Source: the human T2T-CHM13v2.0 reference genome, Homo sapiens
NCBI GenBank assembly: GCA_009914755.4
Contig: CP068257.2
Coordinates: 44,096,001 to 44,160,000 of the forward strand
Length of the DNA stretch: 64,000 nt
Reading direction: 5' to 3'
The translations under genes were made by a program, and so were the position numbers. Shown here piece after piece: positions 1 to 12,374 of this stretch (its first letter is position 1; every line of letters begins with the position of its first letter). Under the pieces are notes generated by a model that had not been told where the DNA came from, made no database searches, and saw only the letters and a list, made by a program, of their open reading frames with translations.

Positions 1-484
1 TAGGAAATTATCAGCAGAGAAAGAGAGCATGGCTATGGACTGGGTGGGCTCATCTAGGGGAGAGGAGCAGAGGTCCAGGCCCAACACCCAGGGGCCTGTG
101 GCTGGAGCCCAGAAGAGACTGGTGTGGTTGGAACTCCAGGTGGGGCTTGCTCCACTCTATCCTGGGTGCTCATGCCCCAGATCTCTGTGTGCTCAAGGAG
201 CGTTGGCAGCATCCTGACCCGCCCTGCTCACATGCCCCATCCCTGCTTTCCCCTGTCAGTGGGTTGCAGGCCCATGATCCCGCCAGGCCTGTCCATCTGT
301 CCCTGTGTCGCAGACAGTGCCAACCTTCCCTGATGTTTGTGTCTCCCGCCTGAGGCCTGCCTGTGTTTCCAGTGTCTTCCACCACGGCATTCAGGATGTG
401 GAGGACAGTGACCCGCGTGTGGCTCCCATGGCTGGCCTGGCTGGTCTGGAAAGCATGCGTTCTGCTTTCCTGGCCAGATCGTCT

Positions 485-1075
485 TTTCATGTGCTTATTT
501 GCCATCTGTATATTTTCTTTGAAGTACCTGATCAAATATTTTGCTCATTTTAAAAACTGGGTTGTTTATTTTCTTATTGAGCTTTGAGAATTTTTTCTGT
601 ATATATTCTGGATACAGTCTTTTATGGGGTATGTGTTTTGCAAATATTTTCTCTCAGTCTGTAGCCTGACTTTTCATTTTTATAACAGTGACTTGAAGAT
701 GAAAAGTTTTAAAATTTGGTAACCTCCAACATCAGTTTTTTCTTTTGTAGTTCATGCCTTTTGTATCATGCTTAAGAATTCTTTGTTAAATTGAAGGTCT
801 TTAAGATTTTATCTTATTCATTCTTCTATAAGCTTTATAGTTTTGACTATTACATTTAAGTCTATGATCCATTTTGAATTAACTCTATATTGGATGCAAA
901 GAAAATGTCAAGGTTCTTATTTTTCTTGTTTTTAAAAATACAATGTCCAGTTGTTCCAGCACCATTTCTTGAAAAGATTATCTGTTCCTCATTAAGTTGC
1001 CTGGGAAGCTTTGTCAAAATCACTTGTTCATATGTGTGTGTTTTCAGGATATCTGGGATTTGTTTTAATACAGTG
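485..1075 (-). mobile_element. LINE-1 fragment (ORF2 C-terminal / 3' region), antisense
   Basis: The reverse strand reads as L1. The stretch 'ttgccatctgtatat..ctttg..aaatgtct..tt..tcctttgccca', 'ttctggata..agtc..ttatg..tttgcaaatattttctc' and 'ccagcaccatttcttgaaaag' match the well-known antisense L1 ORF2 C-terminal consensus. Confidence 0.7.
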
Positions 1076-1599
1076 TGCTAAGACATGAGACATAGAAATG
1101 ACTGTCATGAAGGAAGAAAGTGTTTGTACCCACAGCTCCCTGGAAGCAGGAGCACGGCTGCCAGGCAGGGCCACATGGGAAGCACCGGGTAGGTCAAGAG
1201 GCAGAGAGAGCAAGGGGACAATGTGGGCAGGGAAAGCCTCACTGTGGTCTCCACAGGAGGAATGGGTGAGGCAGGGGGAGCAGGCTTAGGAGTGGCACTT
1301 TGAATCATTTCAGCAGGCCCTTGGGTGTAGGGTCTGTCCCTAGTTGTCTGGTGCCTGGCCTTGGGTGATTGGGGCAGGTGGGGAGTGGCCCCATGTGAGA
1401 GGAGGTGGTTGGGGTGTGGGCTCTGGATTGGTGGGTTTGTATTTGAAAGGTACACTCCAGGATGGGTTGTTTGCTATTTCTAGGAATTGGCTAACGCTGG
1501 GAGGGCAGTCCCTCCAGGTCAGCAAGCCCTGGATGTCAAAGCATCAGACACAGAAAAGGAAAAACATGGTTAATACTGTGTGCAGACTATTTCTGGACT

Positions 1600-2560
1600 G
1601 TATTCTATTCCATGGGTCAATTTATTTATCTTTATAACTAGCTTTATAATAAATCTTGAAATCGGGCAGTATAAGCCCTCCCATTTTGTTCTCTTTTTCA
1701 AAGTTCTTTGGCTGGTTTATTTCCTCGGTATCTTCATACAAATTCTAGAATTAGATTAGTTCAGCTTTTGGTTGGGGTTGCACTGAATTGATAGATCACT
1801 TGTGGAGGTTGGTATCTTGTTAAAGGAAGTGCTTGGAGGGTACGGTCTAACTTTGTTCCTGAATTTAGGGGTAAACATTCAGTTTTCACCCTTGTGTATA
1901 CTGCTAGCTGTATGTTTCAACTGGAGGTCCTTTATCAGGTTCAGAAAGAGTCCTTAAATTCCCAGGTTGCTGAGGATTTTTATCATGAGTTAATACTGAA
2001 TTTTGTCAAATGTTGTCTCTGTATCTATTGAGATGATCATATGGTGTTTCTTTTTTGTTTATATGGTGAATTACATTGATAGCTTTAAAAAACAATAGTA
2101 AGCCAGTTGCATTTCTGGGTTAAAACCCACTTTATCTGCATGTATTTATTTTATATTGTTGGATTTTTATATGCTAAAATTTAAGAATTTTGGCATCTAT
2201 ATTTCTGAGGAATATTGATGTCTTTTCTTATGTGTATTTTTCTGATTTTTTATCATGTTAATGCTTGCCTTATAGAATGAATTGGGAAGTATTCTCTCAT
2301 CTTCAGTTTTCTAGATGAGTTAGTAAGAAATTGATATTATTTCTTCCTTGTATATTTTATTTTATAGAATTCACCTGCAAAGTCATCTCGGTCAGCACTT
2401 TTCTTTGTGGGAAGGTTTTATCTTGAATGCAGTTTCTTTGGTATGTATATAGGATTATTTAATTCTCCTTAAGTGAGTTTTGATTATTTGATTCTTGTAA
2501 GAACTTGCTCCATCTAAGTTAGCAGATTTACTGACATGCAGTAGTTCATAGCATCCGCTT
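1600..2560 (-). mobile_element. LINE-1 fragment (ORF2 region), antisense; continuation of the element at 485-1075 after a ~520-bp non-L1 interruption
   Basis: 'cttgaaatcgggcagtataagccctcc..ttgttctctttttcaaag..ttggctggtt' matches antisense L1 ('cttgaaatcgggaagtgtga..ctccaactttgttcttctttttcaagattgttttggcta'). Later L1 ORF2 antisense motifs follow ('gatgatcatatggtgtttcttt', 'ttacattgatagctt'). Confidence 0.65.
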
Positions 2561-2580
2561 ATTGTATTTATTTATTTATT

Positions 2581-3500
2581 GAGGTGAAATTCACTTAAAA
2601 TGCAATTAAAGTGCACTTAAAATGCAATTAAAGTACACCAAATTAAAGTGTACAATTTGGTGCATTCAGAATGTTGTACAACCAGTACCCAGTTTCAAGA
2701 CTTTTTCAAAACTTTTTTGTTACCACGAAGGAATACCTCCCACCCATTAAGTAATCACTCCTGGTCTCCCCCTGTCCTTATGCCCTGGAAACCACTAACC
2801 TGCTTTTTGTCTCTATGGACTTGCCTGTTCTAGATATTTCATCTGAAGAAATAATGCAATATATAACCTTTTACGTCTGGGTTCTTTCACTTAGCCCCGC
2901 TTGGAGGTTCATCTGTAACACGTGCTGTACTTCATTCCTTTTGATGTCTGCAGAATACTCCACTGATGCCTGTACCAGATGTGTTTATCCATTCATTTGC
3001 TGATGGACATTTGGGTTGTTTCCCCGTGTTGGCTATTATGAATAGCACTGTTATGAACAAGTATCTGCTTACATGTGTATTTTTAATTCTTTTGGGTCTG
3101 TACCTAGGAGGGAAGTTGCTGTCCTATGGTGATTCTATGTTTAACTTTTTGAGGAACTGCCAGACTGTTTTCCACCCTAGCAGCACCATTTTTCATTTCC
3201 ACCAGCGATGTATGAGGTTGCCTGTTTCTCCAGGTCCTCACCAACACTTCTGTTAGACTTTTTTGATTATAGCCATTCTGGTGTGAAGTGGTATCACATT
3301 GTGGTTTGACCTAATTGTCTTCATAATATCTTTTGTGTCTGTATAATGTTCTATTTCTCATTCTTGATATTGGTAATTTGGGCCTTCTACCTTTTTTCTT
3401 GGTCAGTGCAACTAGATATTTATCAATATTATGTGCCTTATTAAAGAACCAACTTTCGGTTTTATTAATTTTCTGTATTTTTTACTTCTATTTATATATT
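2581..3500 (-). mobile_element. Old LINE-1 (L1M-type) 3' end, antisense
   Basis: It starts with the typical antisense 3'-end motif 'gaggtgaaattcac..aaagtgtacaatttggtg..gttgtacaaccagtacccag'. This is followed by 'ctgctttttgtctctatggacttgcctgttctagatatttcat', 'catccattcatttgctgatggacatttgggttgtttcc', 'ggctattatgaatagcactgttatgaacaa' and 'gaggaactgccagactgttttccac'. All are hallmark L1M 3'-end blocks. Confidence 0.85.
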
Positions 3501-3517
3501 TTTAGAGACAGAGGCTT

Positions 3518-3725
3518 GCTCTGTAACCTTGAACTTCTTGGCTCACGTGATCTTCCTGCCTCTGCCTCTCAAGTAGCTAGGATTACAGGGATGTTCCACC
3601 ATCTACCATGCCTGGTTAATGTAAAAAAATTTTTTTGTAGAGAGTAGGTCTTGCTATGTTGCCCAGGCTGGTCTCAAACTCCTGGCTTCAAGTGATCTTC
3701 CCACTTTAGTCTCCTGAAGCAAGTA
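3518..3725 (-). mobile_element. Alu fragment (old, AluJ/FLAM-like), antisense
   Basis: 'gagacagaggcttgctctgt', 'cctgcctctgcctctcaagtagctaggattacagg' and 'gttgcccaggctggtctcaaactcctgg..caagtgatcttcc' form a diverged antisense Alu core. Confidence 0.75.
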
Positions 3726-3729
3726 TTTT

Positions 3730-6340
3730 TAAAATGGCTTTTCAGCTTATAGATTTTTATTCTTTATTTCCTTTCTTCTGCTTGTTTTGCTCTGTTTTAG
3801 TAAGCTTAGGTAATGGATTTGAGACCTTTTATTTCCCTAATATAATCATTTAGTGCTGTTGATTTCCCTCTTGGTACTGCTTTTACTGCCTCCCACATAT
3901 TTTGATATGTAGTGTTTTCATTTTTATTCAGGTCAAAATGCTTTCTTATTTCCATTGTGTTTTTTCTTTGACCCATATGTTATTTAGACATGTGCTGTTT
4001 ATTTTCCAAGTATTTGGAAAACTTCCCAAATACTTTTTTGTTCCTGTTTTCTAATTTAATTGATTTCTAATTTAATTCCATTGTGGTCAGGAAACATTTT
4101 TTTTATTCCTTTACAGTTTTATTGAAATTTAAAAAAAATTTTCAGAATATTACCTTTGAAAATATCTCATGACCACTTGAAAAGAAGGCATATTCTGTTA
4201 TAATTGTGTGGAGTGTTCTATAAATGTCAGTTAAATAATGTTGGATGATAATGTTATTTGAGTCTCCTATATCCCGTACTGATCTTCTGTGTAGGTTTTT
4301 ACAAAATCAGTTATTGAAAGAGAAGTGTAGAAAGCTTCCATTATAATTGTGGATTTATCTATTTGGTGGGGGGTTGCTTTATATATTTTTAAGCTCTTTA
4401 TTAGGTGTGTGAACGTTTAGGGTTATTATTTTCTCTTGATAAACTGACCCCTTAATTATTATATAATGTCCTTATTTACTTGTGGTAATATTATGTACCC
4501 TGAAATCTACTTTTTCTGATATTAAGATAGTCACTCCACCTTTTTTTTATTAGAGTTAACATGTCACATTTTTTCCCATCCTTTTTCTTTTAACCTCTGT
4601 GTATGTTTATATTTAAAGTGGGTTTCTTACAAATAGCTTATAGCGTGGTCTTGTTTTTTTATCAAGTCTTAAAAGGTACATTTTAATTGGGATGTTGAGA
4701 CCATTCATATTTAATGTGATTATTGATATGGTTGGGTATAAATCTGTCATTTTGCTGTTGGATTTCTATTTTTCCCACTTGTTATTAGAGTCCCCTTTTT
4801 TCTCTCATTCTCCTTTATTTTGGATTGAGTACTTTCTATGATCAGTTTTATTACCTTTACTAGCTTTGTTGCCCACACAATGGGTGGGTTCAATTGCTTG
4901 GCCACCAATAGTACAATGAGCTCAACCAAGGAGGATTTAACAAGGGAATCTAAAATTGCAGCAAGTAAGGAGGACACCAGGGATAAATCTCCAAAGCAAC
5001 GCCTCCCTGAACAACGCTGAAAACACCGTTTTTAGGCTCGTTAGCTGAATCATTGTGTGTAGAAGGTACAGTCAAGGCAGCACAGGCACAGTTGTCAGTC
5101 ATGCTTCTACATACATCACAGGTATACAAGATGGCAAATAAGCTCTTCTCTGGGCGGAGTTTTTAGTGTGGTAATGAGGAGAGTTTGCCAAAGTTCATCT
5201 CCAACTGAGGCCTCTCTGGATCTAACTGGCTTTTGTTTCACCAGCACTGGGCTTCTTCCTGGAACTTTTCTTAAACAACAACTCAAGATGCAACAGTTAA
5301 AGTGGATACTTTTTACAGTATATGCCTGAAAACCTGAGGACATTGGGTTGCAGCTTATTAGCTTTATCTCTGTGTTTTCAGAGGTTGCTTTAGGATTTGT
5401 TGTATATTTCCTTAAGCTACCATAGTCATCTGCAAGTAATATCATACCAGTTCACATATAATGTAAGAACATTACCAAAGTATACCCTCTCACTTCTGGC
5501 TATTACATTATGCCCTTATCTCCTCACTTCGATATTGTCATAAGCCCCACAATGCATTGCCTTTTTTTTTTTCTTTTGCTTTACATAGTCTATTATCTTT
5601 GAAAGCAATCTTAAAAAATTAAGAACAAAAGGCTTTTATATTTTACATATTTTCTGTTTCAATGGTTTTCACTTCTTTTTGTAGATCCAGATTTCCTTCT
5701 GGTATTATTTTCCTTTTGTATTTTGTACTTCTTTTAATATTATTTGCAGTTCAGGTATGTTGGATAATGAATTATTTTAGCTTTTGTTTGTTAGAAAAAA
5801 TCTTCTTTTTACTTTTATATTTGAAAGTTATTTTTACTATGTATAGTATTCCAGGTTGGTAGCCTTTTCTTTCATTACTTTAGAGATAGAATTCAATTGG
5901 CTCCTGACTTGCACTGTTTCTGAAAAGTTCTCTGTTCACCCTGTCTGTGCTTGTCTCTTTGTACATAGTTTCCTATTTTAAAAAATTAATTATATTGTGT
6001 ATATCTAAGGTACACAATATAATGTTATAAAATACAGATAATAAAAAGGTTCCTGTAGTGAAGCAAATTAACATACCCATCATCTCACATAGGTACCCAG
6101 TTTTGATTTGTTTTGTTTTTCTGTGGCAAGAGCAGCAAATGAGTAGATTTTAGCTGCTCTTGCCATAATGTTTCTTTTTTACTGGCTGCCTTTACGATTT
6201 TTTTTTTTTTTACATAATTTGATTATGACGTGCCTTGGTTTAGTTTAATGTTATTTATTTATTTATTTATTTGTGGTTGGGGATTGTTGACCTTTCTGAA
6301 TCTATGTATGGGCTTAAATTTTCATCCATTTTTGAAAACT
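3730..6340 (-). mobile_element. LINE-1-derived sequence (probable continuation of the 2581-3500 element into ORF2/ORF1), antisense; low resolution
   Basis: The block is AT-rich with scattered antisense L1-like motifs. These include 'gtcatctgcaagtaatatcata' (compare L1 'catgtcatctgcaaacag') and 'ttgagaccattcatatttaatgtgattattgatatggttgggt' (the L1 ORF2 N-terminal region, antisense). It is in the right order and orientation after the 3' end at 2581-3500. Divergence is too high for a confident call. Confidence 0.45.
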
Positions 6341-6348
6341 TTTTGTAA

Positions 6349-6625
6349 TTTTTTTTGTCTGTTTTAGAGACAAGGCCTCGTTCTGTCACCCAGGCTGGAG
6401 TGCAGTGATGCAATCACAGTTCAGAGTAGACTTGAATTCCTGGGCTCAGGTAATCCTCCAACCTCAGCCTCCTGAGTAGCTGGACTACAGGTGTGTGCCA
6501 CCATGCCTGGCTGATTTTAAAAATGTTTTTGTATAGATGGAGTCTCACTGTGTTGTCCAGGCTGGTCTCAAACTCCTGGGCTCTCAGAGTGCTGGGATTA
6601 CAGGCTTGAGCCACTCTGCCCTGCC
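6349..6625 (-). mobile_element. Alu (AluJ/old AluS-like), antisense
   Basis: Poly-T at the left ('ttttttttgtctgttttagagacaaggcctcgttctgtcacccaggctggagtgcagtg') runs to '..gggattacaggcttgagccactctgccctgcc'. The dimeric Alu structure is present. Confidence 0.9.
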
Positions 6626-6892
6626 TTTTGTCATTATTTTTTAAAATATGTTTTTGGCTTGTCCCATCCCCTGCTTCTGGGTCTCCAATTACACATATAT
6701 TTTTGTCTTTTGGGAGTAGAGAATCTTTATCTGTGTTTTATTTTAGGTAGTTTCTGTCTGCACAGATTATTCTGTCTGTACATTGACTGATCTTTTCTTT
6801 TGTGGTCTAATATGGTGTTAATCCCAGTCAGTATATTTTTTTAAATCTCAGATGTATTTTTCATCTCTGCATGCTTGATTTGTGTGTTTTAA

Positions 6893-7559
<667 letters not shown>

Positions 7560-10227
7560 TATAATAGCTGTTTTAATGTCTTTGTGTACTAATGATCTCT
7601 GTGTGTATAATTTCTGAGTTTGTATCTTACTGATCAACCAATCTCATTATGAGATATATTTTTGTGCTTCTTTGCATGCCTCGTCAGTTTTGGACGGATG
7701 AAAGACATCGTAAACTTTGTATTGTTGGACTCTGCATTCTTTTAAAATATTTTGAACTATGTTTTGGAATGCATTTAAGTTACTTGGAAAGTTCAGATTT
7801 TTTGGCAGCTTGTTGCTGACTTTGTTAAGCATTGCCTAGTGTAGTACCCCAGCTTAGTCTGCTGCCAGTGCAGTCATTTGAGTGCTCAGTGTGGTGTCCC
7901 CTGTACTGCAAGGCTCCTGCAGCCTAGTTGTTGGGAGTAGGAACTCTTCCCAGATCTGTGTGAGCCATAGCTATTGTCTGTACTTTTTCTTTTCATTGGT
8001 TCTTCCCCCGACCTCCTGTAGTCCACTCACTCACATGTGCCCATCCATGTCCAGGCAGAGACTAGAGAATCCACCACAGACCTCTGGGATGTTTCTCTGT
8101 GCAGGGCATTCCTTTCTGGTACTCTGCCCTCTAATTCTAGCTTTTGCCTCCTGTGCTGTGGGGTCCTGAGTGCAGTGCATCCTGATGAGACGGTGCTGCA
8201 GGCCCAGCCCACCGACTTCCAGAGATGTCAGTTGCATCTCTCCCCTTTCCTCTCTGCCTTTGCCTCCCTGAATTCTCAACTCCGTTTCCAACTCCCCTGG
8301 CCTTGCCTGGGTTCCCCCTTCCTGTGCTGTGGCCCAGGCACTCTCCCCAGGCTGTAGGCTGCAGCAATTGTAGGATGCAACCCATTTGCTTCCCTTCTCT
8401 GGGGATCGTTGTCCTGTGCTGCCTGCTGCTCCATGTCTGAACACCCTCGTCTCATATCTTTTGTCTGACTTTTAAGTGAGGTGGGAGAGTCACCCCAGTC
8501 TCACTCTTTCTCTGTCACAGCTGACCATGGTCCAGGCTTTCTTATGTTTCTGTAGTCTTTGGACATCACTGGACAGAGGCCGGCTGTCTGTCTGTAGGAG
8601 TCTCTGCGCGGTGTTCACCTGCTAATTCAGTCTGCACAGGGAGAACCCTTGGCCTGTGGTCCAGGTGAAGGCCCTTCAGGGTGGAGCCGAGACTGTGGGT
8701 GTTCTGGGCTGTCCCGTCCCGTATACTCTCCCTGTGTTCTTACCTTCCCCTATAGATTCAGAGGGATTTGAGAATCAGCTGTGCCCCAGACGTCAGTCAG
8801 GCCGAGGACTGTGGGTCAAGGTTCAGGGACCCTGGGGTTCTGAGTCTTTATCAGTGTCGTGTATGTTCCAGACTCAGTTTAGAATTGAATCACTTTTTAT
8901 GGAATTCTTTCTCTGGGAAACTGTCTTTGACCTTCCCAATAACTGATTTATAAACATGTCTTTTTAATAGATGACTTTGGTTTGATAAAATTTGGTATCT
9001 AAGGTGATAGATTGTGATTTCTGTCTCTCTTTGGAAAGCCTATGATTTCCAATTTTAATTGTTTTTTCCTTCAACTGTTTACAGGACTGTCTACGAGAGA
9101 GAAGCTCCCCACGTGGTTCCGTGTAAGTAGTGCTTCTTATGATGCTGTCACAGGCGATATTTTTAGACTAAACGACTCTTTCGGTGTCAGCAGAGTTGAA
9201 AGTCTTGCTCTCAAGGGAAGCTGTGTGTCTCTGCTGACCCTCTGGATCCTGGTTTTATGTCTCATGGGGAACCTGCCTCAGGTCACACTACTGCCAAGAG
9301 CATGTAGTGTGAGTGACACGCGTTTTCCCTTCTTGCTTCTGTGGAACCAAAATTTTAAAAGAGGCAGTTTCCTCCCTCTCTGGTAACCTTTCTCCACAGT
9401 TAACCTGACCATGTAGACCAGCAGGAGCTGGAGGGCCAGTTGTTAGTGCACTTGGAGCCTACTGCACGAGCCTACCGCACAAGCCTACCGCACGCCTTTG
9501 TTCTTGTGCCAACAGTGCCCACTGCCCGGTAGTGCCTGTGTGTGCGGTGGCCATGATGGCACCACAATGTCTGAAGCCACACAGTGCATGGGTGACATCT
9601 GTGGAAAGGACCTGGCACCGGCCAGCACACAGAGGCACTCACCTGTCTCACACAATGCACTGTGGTCCCAATTCTAGTTTTGTAAAACTACCTTGAGATG
9701 ACTCCTTTTAAAATTATCCTTAAGATGTCTTTCTTTTTCTAAAGCTTATTAAAGGTCATTTTCAAAACGTTTTCAGCAGGAACTTGGTGTATATTTGCAG
9801 TTCTGCATGGAAAACTAATGTAGTCATGATGGCTGCTGATGCTGATGAAGTAGTACCAGCCAGCCTGATTTCATAACTTCCATAGAATCACTCCCTTCTT
9901 CCTCCCAGTGCCCCTTTGAGATAGGGATTGTTATTCCCTGAGGCTTGGCGAGGTGAAGTAACTCACTCAGGTTATCTTGGTGCCAGTGGTGGGGCTGGGA
10001 TTTGAGCCAAGTCTTCCAACTTCACAATAGCAGAGTAAGAAGAGCTGCCTTGTTGATGGGACGTGGGTCGGAGCTCCCAGTGTGTCTTGCCTTCCTGGTG
10101 TGCTTGATGGCAGCCCTGGGCTGCTGTGAGGTCCTGAGCACAGTGCATCCTGAGGAGACAGTGCTGCGGGCCCCGCCTACTAACTTCCAGAGATGTCAGC
10201 TGCAGCAGGGCAGCGCCCTGGTTAGAG

Positions 10228-10335
10228 AGACGGCATGGGGAGTTGGCAGGGGGAGGCCCTCGGAGAGATGGCATGGGGAGTTGGCAGGGGGAGGCTCTCG
10301 GAGAGATGGCATGGAGGGGTTGGGGCCTGTGCTCC
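10228..10335. repeat. 38-bp tandem duplication (~2.7 copies)
   Basis: 'gagagacggcatggggagttggcagggggaggccctcg' / 'gagagatggcatggggagttggcagggggaggctctcg' / 'gagagatggcatggaggggttggggcctg' can be read directly as a tandem array. Confidence 0.85.
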
Positions 10336-11884
10336 TAGGTGCTTAGGCTTGCAGGTGACTGGAATCCTGACTAATATCATAAGAGGAGAGTTCTTACTAA
10401 CAAATTACTTGAACAAAGACTTTGTTTGTTCCTTCATTCGTTCAGCACATGTTTACAGTGTGCCTGTGATGTCCCAGGCGCACTGCCAGAATCCTGACAT
10501 CCTTGTGGGGGGATCGAAAACATAAATCTAGTCAGTGAGTTCATCCTGTGGCATGTCAGGGGGTGACAGTGGCTGTGGAGGAAACAGGGAAGGGCAGGGT
10601 GTGGGAGTCCTGGTGCTGTGTGAATAGGCCGTCAGGTCAGCCCTGAGACACGGGGCATCTGCGCGAGTCTTGCTGGAGGTGCACGTGTGAGCCCCTTGGT
10701 GCAGGAGGTGAGGAGCTGCAGGGCCAAGGGGGTTTGGAGCAGAAGCTCGGGTCTGACATGCCTGGTGCATCCATGGGGCAGTGAGGAGGCTGCGGGGCAG
10801 GAGGTGAGAGTGCCGCGGGTTAGGAGGTGAGAGTGCAGCTGGGGCACATCAGGGGTCTCACAGGTCATCCCGAGGCTGCTCTCAGTCCACGTGGCGTCGG
10901 GGCTGAGAGGAGCCCACAGCAGGGTGGGTGTGGGAGCAGGGAGCCAGCCAGTCTCTTCTCTGTGCTAGGTTATTGTTGTGGCTTTAGCTAAAGCTGCTGT
11001 AATACCTGTTTCTTAGAGGAATCCAAATCCCTGTTGCCTTGGGGCCAACTTTGTAATCTTACAAATCTGGATCTAATTTTCACCAAACTCTCAAGGGAAG
11101 AGCCTCTGGGACTCAGACAGATAAACAACACCTGTTATGTGCTGTTCCCATTTTCTCTTCGACTTTGGTGTTGTCCAAATTCTTCTGAGCCTAACTGTAG
11201 GCTCTTCAGACCCAGCCTACAGTTCTGGAAATAAACCAGCGTGCTGGGGTGGGGCGAGCCCGACCATGCAAGCCATGCCCCGGCAGCCAGGCTGAGAGGC
11301 AGAGCAAGCAGTGCAGGTGGACCCATCGCCTGCCAGCATGTGGGTTCTGGAGGCTGCAGCAGGCAGATTCTGGAAATTCCCTGAGGCCTTCGTTCAGTAC
11401 AGACAGGGAACTTTTATAGGTACCTGTGGCCTCTTCTGCTGGTGGGAATGGAGGTGCCATGAGCACTGAGCTGGTTGGAACAGAAGGGCTCTCCTCTCGT
11501 GGGCTGTGTCGAGTGAGTCCTGCAGCTTCTCGCTGTGAGATTCTGGGGTGCCATGATGAAGCAGAGCGGAGCTCATCTGAGTGGATGTTTCCCAGGGGAG
11601 CCAGTAGTTTTGGAAGCACTTGGTTTTTCCATTCCCATGTCTTGGAGGACTCTTCCCCCTTCCTGAGAGAGAGCGATGAATGTAGGCCTCCATGGAGAAG
11701 CACAGGTGCCTTCCCTGGGCTGTGTGTGGTCCGTGCAGACCTCTCAGGTCCACTTCATTTTGCAGGTAAGGACCCATCTCCCATAGCTGGTTAGTGCCAG
11801 AGCCCACTCCTAGCCCCATGTAGGGGCTGTTTTTCAGCTACAGCAAGATCAGGAAATAAGAAGTAGTAATGAATACTTCATTGA

Positions 11885-12246
<362 letters not shown>

Positions 12247-12374
12247 TAGAGTTTTTTGCTTTCCGTAAGATAACAATTTTCCTTATAGAACTGAAAAATA
12301 TGAAAAACAATTTAAAAATTCACCTATGCTTAGCCTTAGTGCAGAGAGCAGCTGAAGGGTATCAGGGGATTGTC

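Noticed and set aside
2566-2640. Short tandem duplication 'cacttaaaatgcaattaaagtg' x2 preceded by (TTTA)n
   Set aside because: It is a minor slippage duplication at the A-rich junction between two L1 fragments. It is not a distinct feature.
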